A DNA stretch of 64,000 nt, from assembly GCA_002633005.1 (NCBI GenBank), contig NMRA01000020.1:478942-542941 (forward strand), given 5' to 3'. The position numbers and the translations under genes are program-made. The stretch is from Phoronis australis (Eukaryota > Animalia > Phoronida). Positions 29,101 to 40,564 of the stretch are shown here, piece after piece (within the stretch, counting starts at the first letter, position 1; each line of letters starts with the position of its first letter). Below the pieces are notes generated by a model. The model was not told where the DNA came from and did no database searches. It saw nothing but the letters and a program-made list of their open reading frames with translations.

Positions 29101-30224
29101 CGAAAGCATCAGTTGAAATTGTATTACCAGTGGACCTATATGGATTGAGTTATTGAGCATTTCCCAGAATTCTTTGGGATTTGACGATTTCAGATTTCTT
29201 AGGCGTCCACGAAGATTATTACTAATGAATTTCTAGATTCTTAGAAACGTTTTTAAAACTCAAATGAATGACAGCTGAGTTGACAGCTCACGTCAGTGGA
29301 TGAGAGTACGACAACAATTCAATGAGCTAGCGGTAAGTTCCACACAGTTGCCTTTATTTGTGTTGTCCGCTCAGCCATCTTTCACTTGAAGCAGACAGTT
29401 GAGCTTGTACAGTAACTCTCCGTATTCGCTGAGCCCTAACACAGTACGAGCTTTTCTGATTGTTCTTTGTTAAAAACTTTTTGTTTAGCCTCGCCATCTT
29501 ACTTGTACCACTCTTTTCTTCCGTATTTTCTATTAGTTACTAATATATCAAGGCCATCTTTGAAAATTGGCGAACACTGATGTTCTACCTACATGTACGT
29601 TCGCAGTATAATTTTTTATGTACTCGAAATTGAATTCGACATTGTTTTAGACATTAATTCCCCCGTCTACTTTAAAACAAACCAGCAAACTCACGATAAG
29701 TGTCTATACCACCGTGTTCGTGGAATGACCGTTTAATCCTAGTTTGCACTTGATGACCACAGCATTAAAGCTATAACTTCGAATCCCATATTGAAATTTG
29801 GAGTTTTTACTCAAAATTTAGGTGTCATCTAGTGCGAACTCGTTCTAGAAACCCGTCCTCGTAAACCAAAACGTTCTAGAGGATAGAATGATAACAACGT
29901 ATCTAAATAAAGCAGGACGGAGGTATAAAAAATAATCTTGAGTTCGATTTCAAGTCCGAAGATTAGACTCGTGGCTCTGGATACAGCAAGACGTTTCAAG
30001 AATAGGGAGATTGAGTAATGCTAGTCCTGTGCGCTTTCACATCAACAAAGTACGAAGCACCAACAGGTTCTTAAAGGAGAACCTTTCTGTGCGTAGAAAT
30101 GTGATTAATCTACGAGTACTTTTGCTTAATCTACGAATAATCTTACCTATTCAAGGCGTGCTTTTATAAGGTCATATAGTCCTATTTTTACCGCGCTCGC
30201 CAAGGGCGCGTGCAGTGTTAACAA

Positions 30225-30470
30225 TGGTCAGTGGCCGATTTGGCCAATGAACGAAGGACTGCTCGAAAAAAAATTCGGGACTTTGTTCGAGGTGGAAGGC
30301 ATTAAAGACATCGACGGCCTCCTAAGCTGTCCTTCTATGTACAAAAGGTATTTACAGCAACGTGACTTAGATATTTTAATCACTGTGAGGCATAATTCAC
30401 CGAAAAGCTTCAGGCGTACCACTATGAAGCTCCTATAGGGGCCAGTCGAGACGGTGGCACTGCAAAGTAT
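30225..30470. repeat. Single-arm copy of the foldback MITE at 62903-63470
   Basis: Shares attaaagacatcgacggcctcctaag and gaggcataattc.ccgaaaagcttc with 63295-63400. Confidence 0.75.
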
Positions 30471-30768
30471 CCGTTGATTAAAAGCAGAACAATGATCGAT
30501 TAAGAACTAAAAATACGCGTAGATTAAGCATAAGTAAGCGTAGTGTCTAGATTAATCACATTTCCACGCGCAGAAAGGTACTCGTTTAAGAACCTTTTGA
30601 CGCTCCATAGGCCAGAAAGCATTGTGATAAAAAATGAAAATTTCAAGTCTGCAAGACTCCTTGTATAACTGAGAAAACTGAGTTTGGATTCCACTTCGTT
30701 CTTCACATTTCAAACTCTTGGTCGCTGATCAAAATGTACTAGTTTGTCGCAGTGAAACACAGCTATTG

Positions 30769-30892
30769 CTGTGAAATACACGGGAGCATGGATATCAGAA
30801 AGGGAGGGCTGACTGTGAAATACACGGGAGCATGGATATCAGAAAGGGAGGGCTGACTGTGAAATACACGGGAGCATGGATGTCAGAAAGGG
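30769..30892. repeat. 44-bp x~2.8 tandem repeat
   Basis: Unit CTGTGAAATACACGGGAGCATGGATATCAGAAAGGGAGGGCTGA. Confidence 0.92.
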
Positions 30893-31607
30893 GTCAGCAT
30901 GGAAACAGATGAACAAAGTTATAGTATAAAATGCTGCTTTAGCCATGATGATATGTGAAATTGCCTTTACAGGTGTGCTGGCCAATCGGTTATCAATACG
31001 AGTATCTTAACTACAGAGTAAATTGGTCTGTTAGAAAATCGAATGGTTTCAATTTAACCCTATTATTTGACAATTCAGTATCGCTCATCGCCGAGGTTAA
31101 CAAAACCAAAATCAACAAAGTCGTCAAGTGGTCTAATTCTTCTCGACTTCAAATCTCCGCCTACAAGTATAAATGGAAAGTCATATTCACTGGAAGTTAT
31201 GCCGCGAGAGTTACGTACCTACATGTAACTACAACAGAGTACTCAAAAGCCTGTCTGGCTCATTTAACATATAATTAACTCTAAGTGTACTTGTACCTTG
31301 TGACAAGTACAACAGTGACTCCTGGACACAATACTGCAGATATCAGTCAAGCTGACTTATAGAACACTAATCTTCTTACGATTTGATCAAATCGGTCAGT
31401 GAATACGAACAATTGCATTGGGCTGCTCCGGCTGTCTTCGTTCTAGTATGTGAATTATGCTGGTTAACACAGTCGCATCCCCTCCAAGTGAGTTCACTGA
31501 ACTCGAGGTAAATCTTGGCAATGTCCACTGATATCTCACTGTTCTAACTCCAAAGGGGAGGCTCAAGGTGAATGAAGGGAGAGTTCTCACACAGAATACA
31601 GTATTAA

Positions 31608-31855
31608 CATGCGCGCGCACCCAGCCTACAAATTGGGGCCCCAATGCTTGATAATGGGGACCTTTTATTAAGATTCACGGGGAACGTTCAGAGCTATGAA
31701 CTATGCATTTGCCGAATTTCGGCAGTTCCAGCCTTTTTAGCGGACTTTTGTTTCGTTTTCTACTTTTTTCGGACATTTTGTTTCTCTTTTTGCCCGCTTG
31801 GCCAAATGGGGGGCTCGGTCGAGCCGACCAACCCCCACCCCCGTGTGCGCGCATG
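31608..31855. mobile_element. Short MITE with CATGCGCGC termini
   Basis: catgcgcgcgcac ... gtgtgcgcgcatg inverted ends; no clear TSD. Confidence 0.45.
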
Positions 31856-33464
31856 TATACATGTAAATAGCGCCAAGTTTATGTAGTACTCCACAAAAAT
31901 GGCTTAACTTCTGAACATCATATCCCAGAATTGGTTTAACAGATCCGTATGAAACTTTGAGATACTATTTGCTTTCACGCACTGGTCTCCAAAATTGTTT
32001 TTAAAACGCTCTATTTGCTAAAGGGGTTATCGAAGAAAGGGATTTTTACAGTATTTGTATAAAAATTAAGTTACACAAACAATGTCTCATAACATTTACA
32101 ACTGAGCAGAACGCCCGTTCATACCTGGCTAAAAACATTACTGCATGTTCCGCCTGAACCATGCACTCTTGTAGAAAGTGCAACAGTTATAACCTCTACA
32201 ACCGATTCTAAATTGTTCAAGAATTATTACCATTAAACATGATTTTAAAGTTGTCGTTTTAATGTCAATATTACTGTAAGTTATTAGAGGCCGTTACGTT
32301 ACAGATCATACACAACAGACTGGTTTGCCGACAAACATCTTGATCGTTACCTACGTCTGGCACATTGTTCAACAACTGGTGATGTGACGTCATGTTTGCT
32401 ACTCAGCGTATCCTTTATGCAACTAGGCCCTCGCTCAGCTAAAATCTTATGATTGAGCACATTCAGTTTTAAACACTTTCATTTTTATCGATAATAATGC
32501 AGTTATCAAGCATTAAAGTATTTCTTGCGAGTACAACAATAACATGTGCCGGAACGTCAGCGTGTGACAAATACACATCGCGCGTAATACCTGCGGCACA
32601 AAGAAGGGAAATATAGAAATTTATCATTATGTATAAACTCAGTTTCCAACTCAATTAATTGAAAATATCAAAATTCATCCAAATGTCTGGTGTAACGAAG
32701 GGTCGTATCTGTCCGACCTGTTTAACTTATGTCAGTGACCAACTCATTTTCAGACAGTTGCTCACTGCGTTAAGGCCAGGCTCTCACAAAGTTATTGGGA
32801 CTCATTATTTCTTTATCAACTCAGCAAATCTTATTTAGTCACGTGCTTCAATGAGTGAGGTATTGTATTGCATATAACTGATGATGGCTTTTAATCGACA
32901 GACATGTCAGCAGAGAAGTGTTGCCAGCGATATTAAGATAAGGGTCTTTTCCCTTGGCAATTCGTACGTGGTGGTTAGGAAATTTTAAAAGCCAGTCACT
33001 CAGTACATGTGCACATAACAAATTCTCCAAATATTGAGGACATCTGAGGGCGCTTTTTCAGAGGCTGCCCGTCTTGGAGGTATTCTCTTCACCGTAAATC
33101 ATTAATTTAGCACTGACCCAATTGGATACTTCTTTAGTTCTGGAGAGGAAAGGGGTCAAATGTTCTTCAATGTAAACATTTTGCGATAATTTACGCTCCT
33201 AAGAGCCTTTTTGTCTTCCGTAAAGTATAAAAATGATTTCGGTCATTATGACATTTTTTGGTTCTGAAAACCAAACTAATGTCCTTGGTGAAAGTCAACA
33301 ATTGCATAATATCAGCTCCAAGGTTGTGGGCAGATACTGGTGCAACACGGGGCGTTTGAAACTAAAATGCACATAACATCAGCGTTTTAAGAAAGAAGAA
33401 ATGTCACCCGCGTACTTGCCCAGCAAAATGGCAGCCCGCATTACAACGACGTCGATGTTCATGG

Positions 33465-33565
33465 CAATGGTGACGATGGTGATGATGATGACGATGATGA
33501 TGATGATGAAGATGATGTCGATAACAATGATGATGATGACGCTAACGATGATGACAATGATGAAA

Positions 33566-33628
<63 letters not shown>

Positions 33629-33830
33629 ATGATGACGATTAAAGTGATGCTAGTGGTGCTGTAGATTAAAATGTTAATTGTGGCAATTACGTGATGGTCA
33701 TTATAGTGGTGATGAGGACGATGTTGGTGATCAGTGATAAGGATTGTGGGGATGTTGGTGATGATAATGATAGCGATGGTGATTATTGTGATGTTGTAGG
33801 TAACGACGGTGATGACGTCGATGACAATGA
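33465..33830. repeat. (GAT)n microsatellite with degenerate flanks
   Basis: Pure GAT run ~33567-33624 inside a longer degenerate GAT/GGT/GAC tract. Confidence 0.95.
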
Positions 33831-34113
33831 CAAAAGCAAAACAAAAGCGCTGCTATAGCATTGTCAAAAGTGCGGAATAATCGGGCATCCGTTATTTACG
33901 CATCGGACTGCACACAGGCGTAAGAGTTGTAGAGCAGCGCGACACCAAACGGCAGAATCACGTAACACTTGAACGGGTAAAATGCGATTGTGTTTGACAT
34001 TCCGATAACGGCGAGATAAAACCGATAGAAGCCAAATCCATGAATTCGGATTTGTAAATAACAGTGCTAAAGGGCATTCATAGGAGCAAACGTTCTAGCT
34101 GTCTTCTATTAAA

Positions 34114-34115
34114 AT
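34114..34115 (+). CDS. VAMP/synaptobrevin-like gene coding exon 1 (only the 'AT' of the start codon)
   Basis: attaaaAT|gtaagt joins ag|G TCG TCC to give ATG TCG TCC. The same split-ATG arrangement is known for vertebrate VAMP1/2/3. Confidence 0.75.
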
Positions 34116-34715
34116 GTAAGTCAACGGTCTCATTTTATGCGTCTGGAATGTAACGTTTATGTGCGGGGTAGGAGGTCGCCTGCGTTTGTACACTTATCCT
34201 TAGTCACAAGCACCACCTGCCGTGGGAACGAATGTAGGGAGACCCTGTACAGTTGTGTATCAATTACATAAAGCCAACCGGTTCTCAGCAATGATGGCTA
34301 CCTACTGAGGATATTGTGATCTAAAATGGTTTATGGTGTTGTAACCTCACAGGAGGCATGCAAACATATATAGGACCGTCATCACCATAAAACCGTTTTC
34401 TCGAGTGACGTGACACATGATGTTTTGAGCCTTTAGCAATTTCACAACCCAAAACGTTCCCTTCCCGTGCCAAACGCTTGCAATATTGGTCCCATGACAA
34501 TTGACTTGCCCCAGTGAAGGCACAAACATTGCAAGCCCATCTGCACCAAAGTGTGTATTAGGGTTTGTTGTAAAAAAGCCTGACATGTACAGTTTTCATG
34601 CTGTCTACTGAGGAGAGTCACGCTTGGATTAGCCAGCGCTACCCCTCACTAGTACGGGACTGTCCGCATGCCAAGGGAATAAAAGTAAATACGGGGGACT
34701 TGTCTACCATCTTAG

Positions 34716-34883
34716 CAGTGGCGGATTTAAGGTGGGGCCAAGGGGGGCATGCCCTCCTCTAACATTCACCCAGATTCCATTTGGCAATACGGGGTGCGAA
34801 TGTCTCACGGCCGGGCAAAATCCTGGCTAATACTCTGCCCAGCCCTCCCCCCCCCCCAACTCAAAATCCTGGATCAGTACCCG
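34716..34883. mobile_element. hAT-like MITE in intron 1 of the VAMP-like gene
   Basis: Starts cagtggcggattt, has G/C-run subtermini and ends near cctggatc; no clear TSD. Confidence 0.4.
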
Positions 34884-35002
34884 GTTAGCACCAATTATAT
34901 TTTGTTTGACGAAAACAATTGTCAACTGAACTTGGGAGGTACCGTGCCTATTTCCCAAACCTTAGATAGAAGACCTGTAATTTGCCTACACCAGTTTTGC
35001 AG

Positions 35003-35148
35003 GTCGTCCACGGATGCACTGCGGAAAAGCAATGAAAACGTAAAAAAGTTGAACAGTGAGGTCAATGAAGTAACGCACTTACTTCGAGGAAACATCGACA
35101 AAGTTCTGGAAAGGGGAGATAAGTTATCAAACTTGGAGGAAAGGTCAG
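35003..35148 (+). CDS. VAMP-like R-SNARE exon 2 (SSTDALRKSNENVKKLNSEVNEVTHLLRGNIDKVLERGDKLSNLEERS)
   Basis: ttttgcag| and |gttagt. Synaptobrevin coiled coil NIDKVLERGDKL with the zero-layer Arg. Confidence 0.92.
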
Positions 35149-36294
35149 GTTAGTGGACGGATAACATGCACGGTAGATGATGGCATTTTCGTTATCAATA
35201 CTATAATGTTATCATTTGTAATTTTTCTCGAAATATGCATTTAACATCTTCATATTTTAAAAGAATCTTTGTTATGGAAATGGCATATGCAACAATTACA
35301 ATTTCGAGGTTTAAAGCCAGGCATCCTCAAGTTAAAATAGATGTCTGTACTTTAAGGGTCATTACCGGTTTTATTAAAAAGCTTGTAGAAATTTGATTTT
35401 TGACTTTTTACCAATCTCCCAGTAATTGAATAAGAACTTGGCTCTGTCCCTTTAGTAAAATTGAGCAAAAAAGTACATCGACAGGAAAGCAACGGTATCA
35501 GTCTCTTGATCAAATTTATTTGATTTAAATGTTCAAGATACAATTCCTAAAATACTGCTGCAGTTTTACAAAATACCATTTCGTTTTCGTTCTATACATT
35601 GATATTTTCATGAAAATGATAAAAGTCCTCATTTTTGCAAAAATGGAATATTTGGAAAACAATCCCTAACATGGATATGGAGAACAATGCAAGCTTTGTA
35701 TAAGACAGTTTCATGTGAATCCAATCTGAGATATGGCGTTCCAAACTTAGCCAAATTTGAAAATTTTTCTAGCGGGTGTTACAGAACCTCAAATTCACTA
35801 TTTTTGTATTTGACTAAATGCTCGGATCGTCAGCGTCCTGGTACTCTAAGTACATGTAGATTTACTCGGTTACTTGCCGATCAGTTTAACTTATTCTTTA
35901 AGTAATGCATTGCCGGTGACGCTCAAACCAATGTGTTGACAAAAACTTGCACTTGTTAAATGGATACTAAACACGGTTTTGTCCTGTTATCAGACATAAC
36001 AGTTACGACTTTCCCATCCAGCTATCAGAAATAAAATAATGTCCTGCAACCCTTGTCAACCCTCAAAAGTTTATATCGAATTTGAATTCCGTGCAAAATC
36101 TGATAAACCGGCAACTGTGTGGGAAATGCCAGCCATCAAAAAACATAAAATCTGCGTTTTTGTTCAGTCTCACTTTGATTACTCGGCTGAGAAGTCAATG
36201 ATGCATTTTCAGGGGAAAGAATGCAGAATGGTTAAAATCACCGAAACAGGGTTTATCGTCCTTTAAATGTCATTATTTCTTCCCATTTTTCAAG

Positions 36295-36435
36295 AATTAC
36301 TCACGTCACAGTCCAAAGAGTTCAAAAAGAGCGCCGTCAGGGTAAAGAGGAAAATGTGTTGTCAAAACTCAAAGCTTTGTTGCTGCATAATCGTCACCGT
36401 CGTCGCCAGCATAATTGTAGTTGCTATTGTTTTAG
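36295..36435 (+). CDS. VAMP-like exon 3 (ELLTSQSKEFKKSAVRVKRKMCCQNSKLCCCIIVTVVASIIVVAIVL)
   Basis: ttttcaag| and |gtaagt. End of SNARE helix (F...A..VKRKM), then a hydrophobic TM helix. Confidence 0.92.
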
Positions 36436-36779
36436 GTAAGTTACTCTACGATAATAGACCACTTGGAGGGCTACGTTTGCAGTAGACGCAGGAATATCGC
36501 GAGTAAAAGCTGGTGTAATCACGTCATGCTTTGCTTGGGATACATCGGGATCTTGCGTTTTCGTGAGTTTCTTGCGTATACGGAACGCAAGGCACGTTAG
36601 CTAATTCCATCATGCTTCCACTTACGCCGAAGAATCTTCGCTTATGTAACGGAAATTAATTCAGTCCCAAAATTCAACACTCCAACCTCAGCGACAAAAC
36701 ACTTGCGTGGCCGTTGGGACTGGGACCATATTTAGTCGAGTGGCTGATTTTGATGTTATCACTGGTCCTTGTTTGCGCC

Positions 36780-37300
36780 TTCTCTCAAGTCACCTGAAAA
36801 AAGGCATAACCGACAGAAAGTACGCTCTGTGGGATTTCTTAAAGATGAAGAAATTCAACAAAGCCATGTCTTTATACCTTGTTACGTCCACCTAGAAAGA
36901 ATTGAGATGCCAAAAAAGGACAGAAAAAGCGCAATTTTGTCCAGTTTTACCTAAAATCACAAATTCACGACTGCCCCGGAGCAACAAAGGAGAACATAAA
37001 CTGAATGCTGTTTACCCTAGATCCCAGAAATTTAGGATAAAATGTGTCATTACGAACCAGATTTTTGACAATTTTCACTTGTCTGAAAGGTACATGGATT
37101 AGCGCCAAGAATTCAACACTCAACAAGTGCTCTGAAGATGTCGGGCACTTCCGTATCCGAGTAGACAAAAGCACAGGCCAAATTTCTGGACTCCGTTTAG
37201 TCAAAACAACTCCAAGGAACTACTAAAAACCATTCGTGGCCACCATTTCCCATTTAGTCCACAAAACTGTCTTCAAACATGACCCATCCCACTTTCTTCA
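36780..37300 (+). repeat. Dispersed repeat, copy 2 (in the last intron of the VAMP-like gene)
   Basis: Colinear with 5610-6130. Confidence 0.8.
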
Positions 37301-39549
37301 GTTTTGGAGGACCTACAAAGCTCCAAAGCATGTTCTTAGACCTCATTTCGCTATATGGTAGGCTACATTCGCGAAACACTCGCCTTTCTATCGGTGATTT
37401 TGTGAGGTCCTGCGAGATTTTGCTTTTTTACAAGAAACGCGCTCTCTAGGTTTCCTCAACAGAGTAGTAGTATAACAAAATCGTTAACTATTTCACGACC
37501 TCGTGTAATCATTAGGCCCAGTAGACCATCACAAGTGTAAAGCCAGTATGAGGTCTTTGAAACCCAAGGCGAATTCTTGCTGTCCGCTAACAGAGTACCG
37601 TTCCGCAGGGCAACTTTTTTGCGAACAAGCGCGATCACCTAAGACCAGGCAAACTTGAAATCCGCACGCTCGAGACCTCACTAGCCAAACCTAACAAAAT
37701 GACGGCCTCTAGCTGAAGTGATTGGTCCGTGAGAATGGAATGTAGAATTATGCGATATTTTTGAATTATGGAACGAGATTCTTGAATTATGGGATTGAGT
37801 TTCCTGTTTCCTATTCTTAAGCGAAAATTTTTGTCGCAAGTGCATGGCTAATGTGTTTGGTCTGCACACAGAAAGTATACACAGTGATCGACAAAAGTGT
37901 TGGGAGAGAAGTCGAACATAAATTGTGCCATCACAAACCGTCTGGTGAACTTTGTTTTTGTCATCGATTCCTGGAATAAGCAATCGATTGAATTTGTATC
38001 TTGGACTTCTCTTACTATAATTTTTTTCTGTTACCAATCATAGATTAATTGATTTAGATATTGGATAGTTCATCTGAGAGTGTACAATTTGTTATCTCAC
38101 ATTCATCGACCCCGACCATGAATTATTTGTGCACATTCTGTTAAATGGTTAGATGGGAAATTATCTCAATCAATTTTCTTTACGTTCGTTTTCGTGTATC
38201 TTTGTGTGATACACTGTGTCTATTATAGCGTCACACATGGAATTCTGCAACAAACCTCCCACTTTGCCAATTGTGCTTCAAAAGATGACAATTGCTCAAG
38301 GAGAGCTGCGATGTTTAACAGATTTTTTGAAAACTTAATATATCAAACACAAATTTTCTTTTTAGCATTGTCGGGGACACTTGCGTAAACGCAAGGCACT
38401 CGTGAAACATTTTATGTAGCGAGAAATCTTTGTTTGGGGAATAGAAACCGAGAATGATTTTCTCCAATGCTTTTGAGTTAAGCAAGTTAAAGGTGCACGT
38501 CTCAAGTGGTTTCGGGTGAGAATTTTCGATAAAAAAACGAAAAAACATTATTGTTTCGAAGATGGGCTAAGGATTCTTGTTTAAGCAGTTTAGGTTGTTA
38601 GCGAATGTTGTTTTAATTTGTTGAAAGATTCCCGCAAATGATTTCACTTTTGCTTAATAATAAACTGATATGTACTGAGAAAATAAGGCGGTTGTACATT
38701 TGCAATTACCTCCGGCTAAAGAGCACATCTTTATTGGCTAACTAAAGGAACATATTACTGTCTGGTGTTTTTGATATGGATCAGGGCACAGTTATTGCAA
38801 TAAAAGGACATGGGCAATTTGGCAAATGACTAGAGAATCTAATATATGCTTATCTTTATCGTATTGAATGTCTATAAATAAGGGTAATATATGCAGGTTG
38901 TTTACGCAAGTGCTTGCAGGTTCGTCTTTCTGTAAATCTCACTCTTACTAGTCACGTTAGTTACGTGTAATACAACTTCAATTGTTTTTGTATTTTCTGT
39001 AAGTCCTTATTATATATCCTGGAAAACATAAACAAAATTTGTGAGCTGCACAAAAGGTCATGTTGGGAAGAGCTTTTCTCTGTCTGTAAACATTATTTGT
39101 TGTATAAATAAAATAGTACCTTTGACTATCTTTAAAATTTCGCTTTTGGTCCACGGCACCATTTTGAAAATTCGTGTAAATCCGCATTTCTCAATGCAGA
39201 ACTCTTAGCGTGGGAGTCTAAGGTAATAGACATAGCACATGACGTCAGGGATGTCCGATCCTTAGAGTATGAGTCCAAAATATGTTTCGGAAATGACGAG
39301 GATCACGGCAAACCGGCGATTATTAACGTCTCAAATCAAACCTCGCAATCGCCTCTTGAATGTTTATCCACCCTTTGACGACAGAACAATAACACGCTTA
39401 CGGTAATTTTAGGTAAACTGAAGGTAGCTCCTATTGTTAATTGCGTGTCAATAGCAATTAAAGCACAGTACGACAGTTAGATAGCAGTTACGCGATTTCC
39501 TGCAAACGTCAGCGGTATTTGTTAGATTCAGTATGTTTTCTGTTTTCAG

Positions 39550-39620
39550 TTGTGGTATTGACCAAACCATGGGACAGTCATCCAAATGACAGGAACTCAA
39601 CTGTTACGCAAGTTTTTTAA
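39550..39620 (+). CDS. VAMP-like last exon (VVVLTKPWDSHPNDRNSTVTQVF*)
   Basis: tgttttctgttttcag| acceptor, phase 1. Completes the TM helix, then KPW and TAA. Total CDS 360 nt (119 aa). Confidence 0.72.
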
Positions 39621-40213
39621 GGGTGGTGATAGCATTGAGTTTGACCTTCTCACTACCATATGCGCATACATGTATTGCCTGGCTGGCAAACAAAAGGCTA
39701 GCCAACTTAGTATCGTAAGAGTCGCCGTTGTATCTTTTTACAAGTTGTCGCAGACGTTGGTGATAGTCGTGTAGGCGTGCTAGTATCGTAGATTGAATTG
39801 TTGCAACATATTGTGCAAAAAATGATGTTTTTTACAACACCGTCTGCAACAACTAGCGACTCCGTCTTTTACAGCCTTTGTCTCGACGTGCTTTTGGTAT
39901 TTTTTTCTTAAGTTTTCTAGGAAAATGAAAAGCTCATCTTATTATTTTGTTCATTGGCTTGCAGATATCTTTATTTGTATACGATGTTTGACCATTCGCT
40001 GAACGACAAGTTTGACTAGCGACGTCTTGGACTCTCCGTGTTCAACGAAGTGGGTGAAATTCATATGAATCCGATCATCCACTTCTGACATATGAAGTTC
40101 TAAAGTTAGCCAGAATTATACAGCCTCGTTTTGCTCATTGAAGTGATAAAGGAGATAGCAACATAATATCGTTTTTCTATGTCCCTCTATGAGTTTGGAA
40201 TTCGTAAAATTTA

Positions 40214-40564
40214 AAAGGATACTAAACCCCGCCTTGATGATTTAAACCTATCATTGTTCTGTCACCTGCTGATGCAGACATTGGCGTCAATCTTGAAAGA
40301 TAAAATCAGGAATCAGCTAAAGACTCGAAGTCCATACGTCACAGATTAGATATTATAGATTTTAGTATGGGATGTTTCTCGCCACAGTGGACGCACAATT
40401 CGCTAAAAGCTTGCCCGTTTAGCAGACTTTGAAAGGTGTTTTAAAATTTTCCGCCAAACCTTTAAGGCTGTCGAGGGTTGCAGAGCATTATTTTGATTTA
40501 GAGAATGGAGTGGGAATGTTGTTTTTAATATCTGTTTATAAGCCAAAATGTCTTTGGTATCCTT
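40214..40564. mobile_element. TTAA-type (Kolobok-like) MITE
   Basis: Ends AAGGATACTAAA / TTTGGTATCCTT. Its left ~140 bp resembles the reverse complement of 485-628. Confidence 0.55.

Noticed and set aside
33401-33664. 87-aa poly-Met ORF
   Set aside because: Product of the (GAT)n microsatellite; no domain or splice support.
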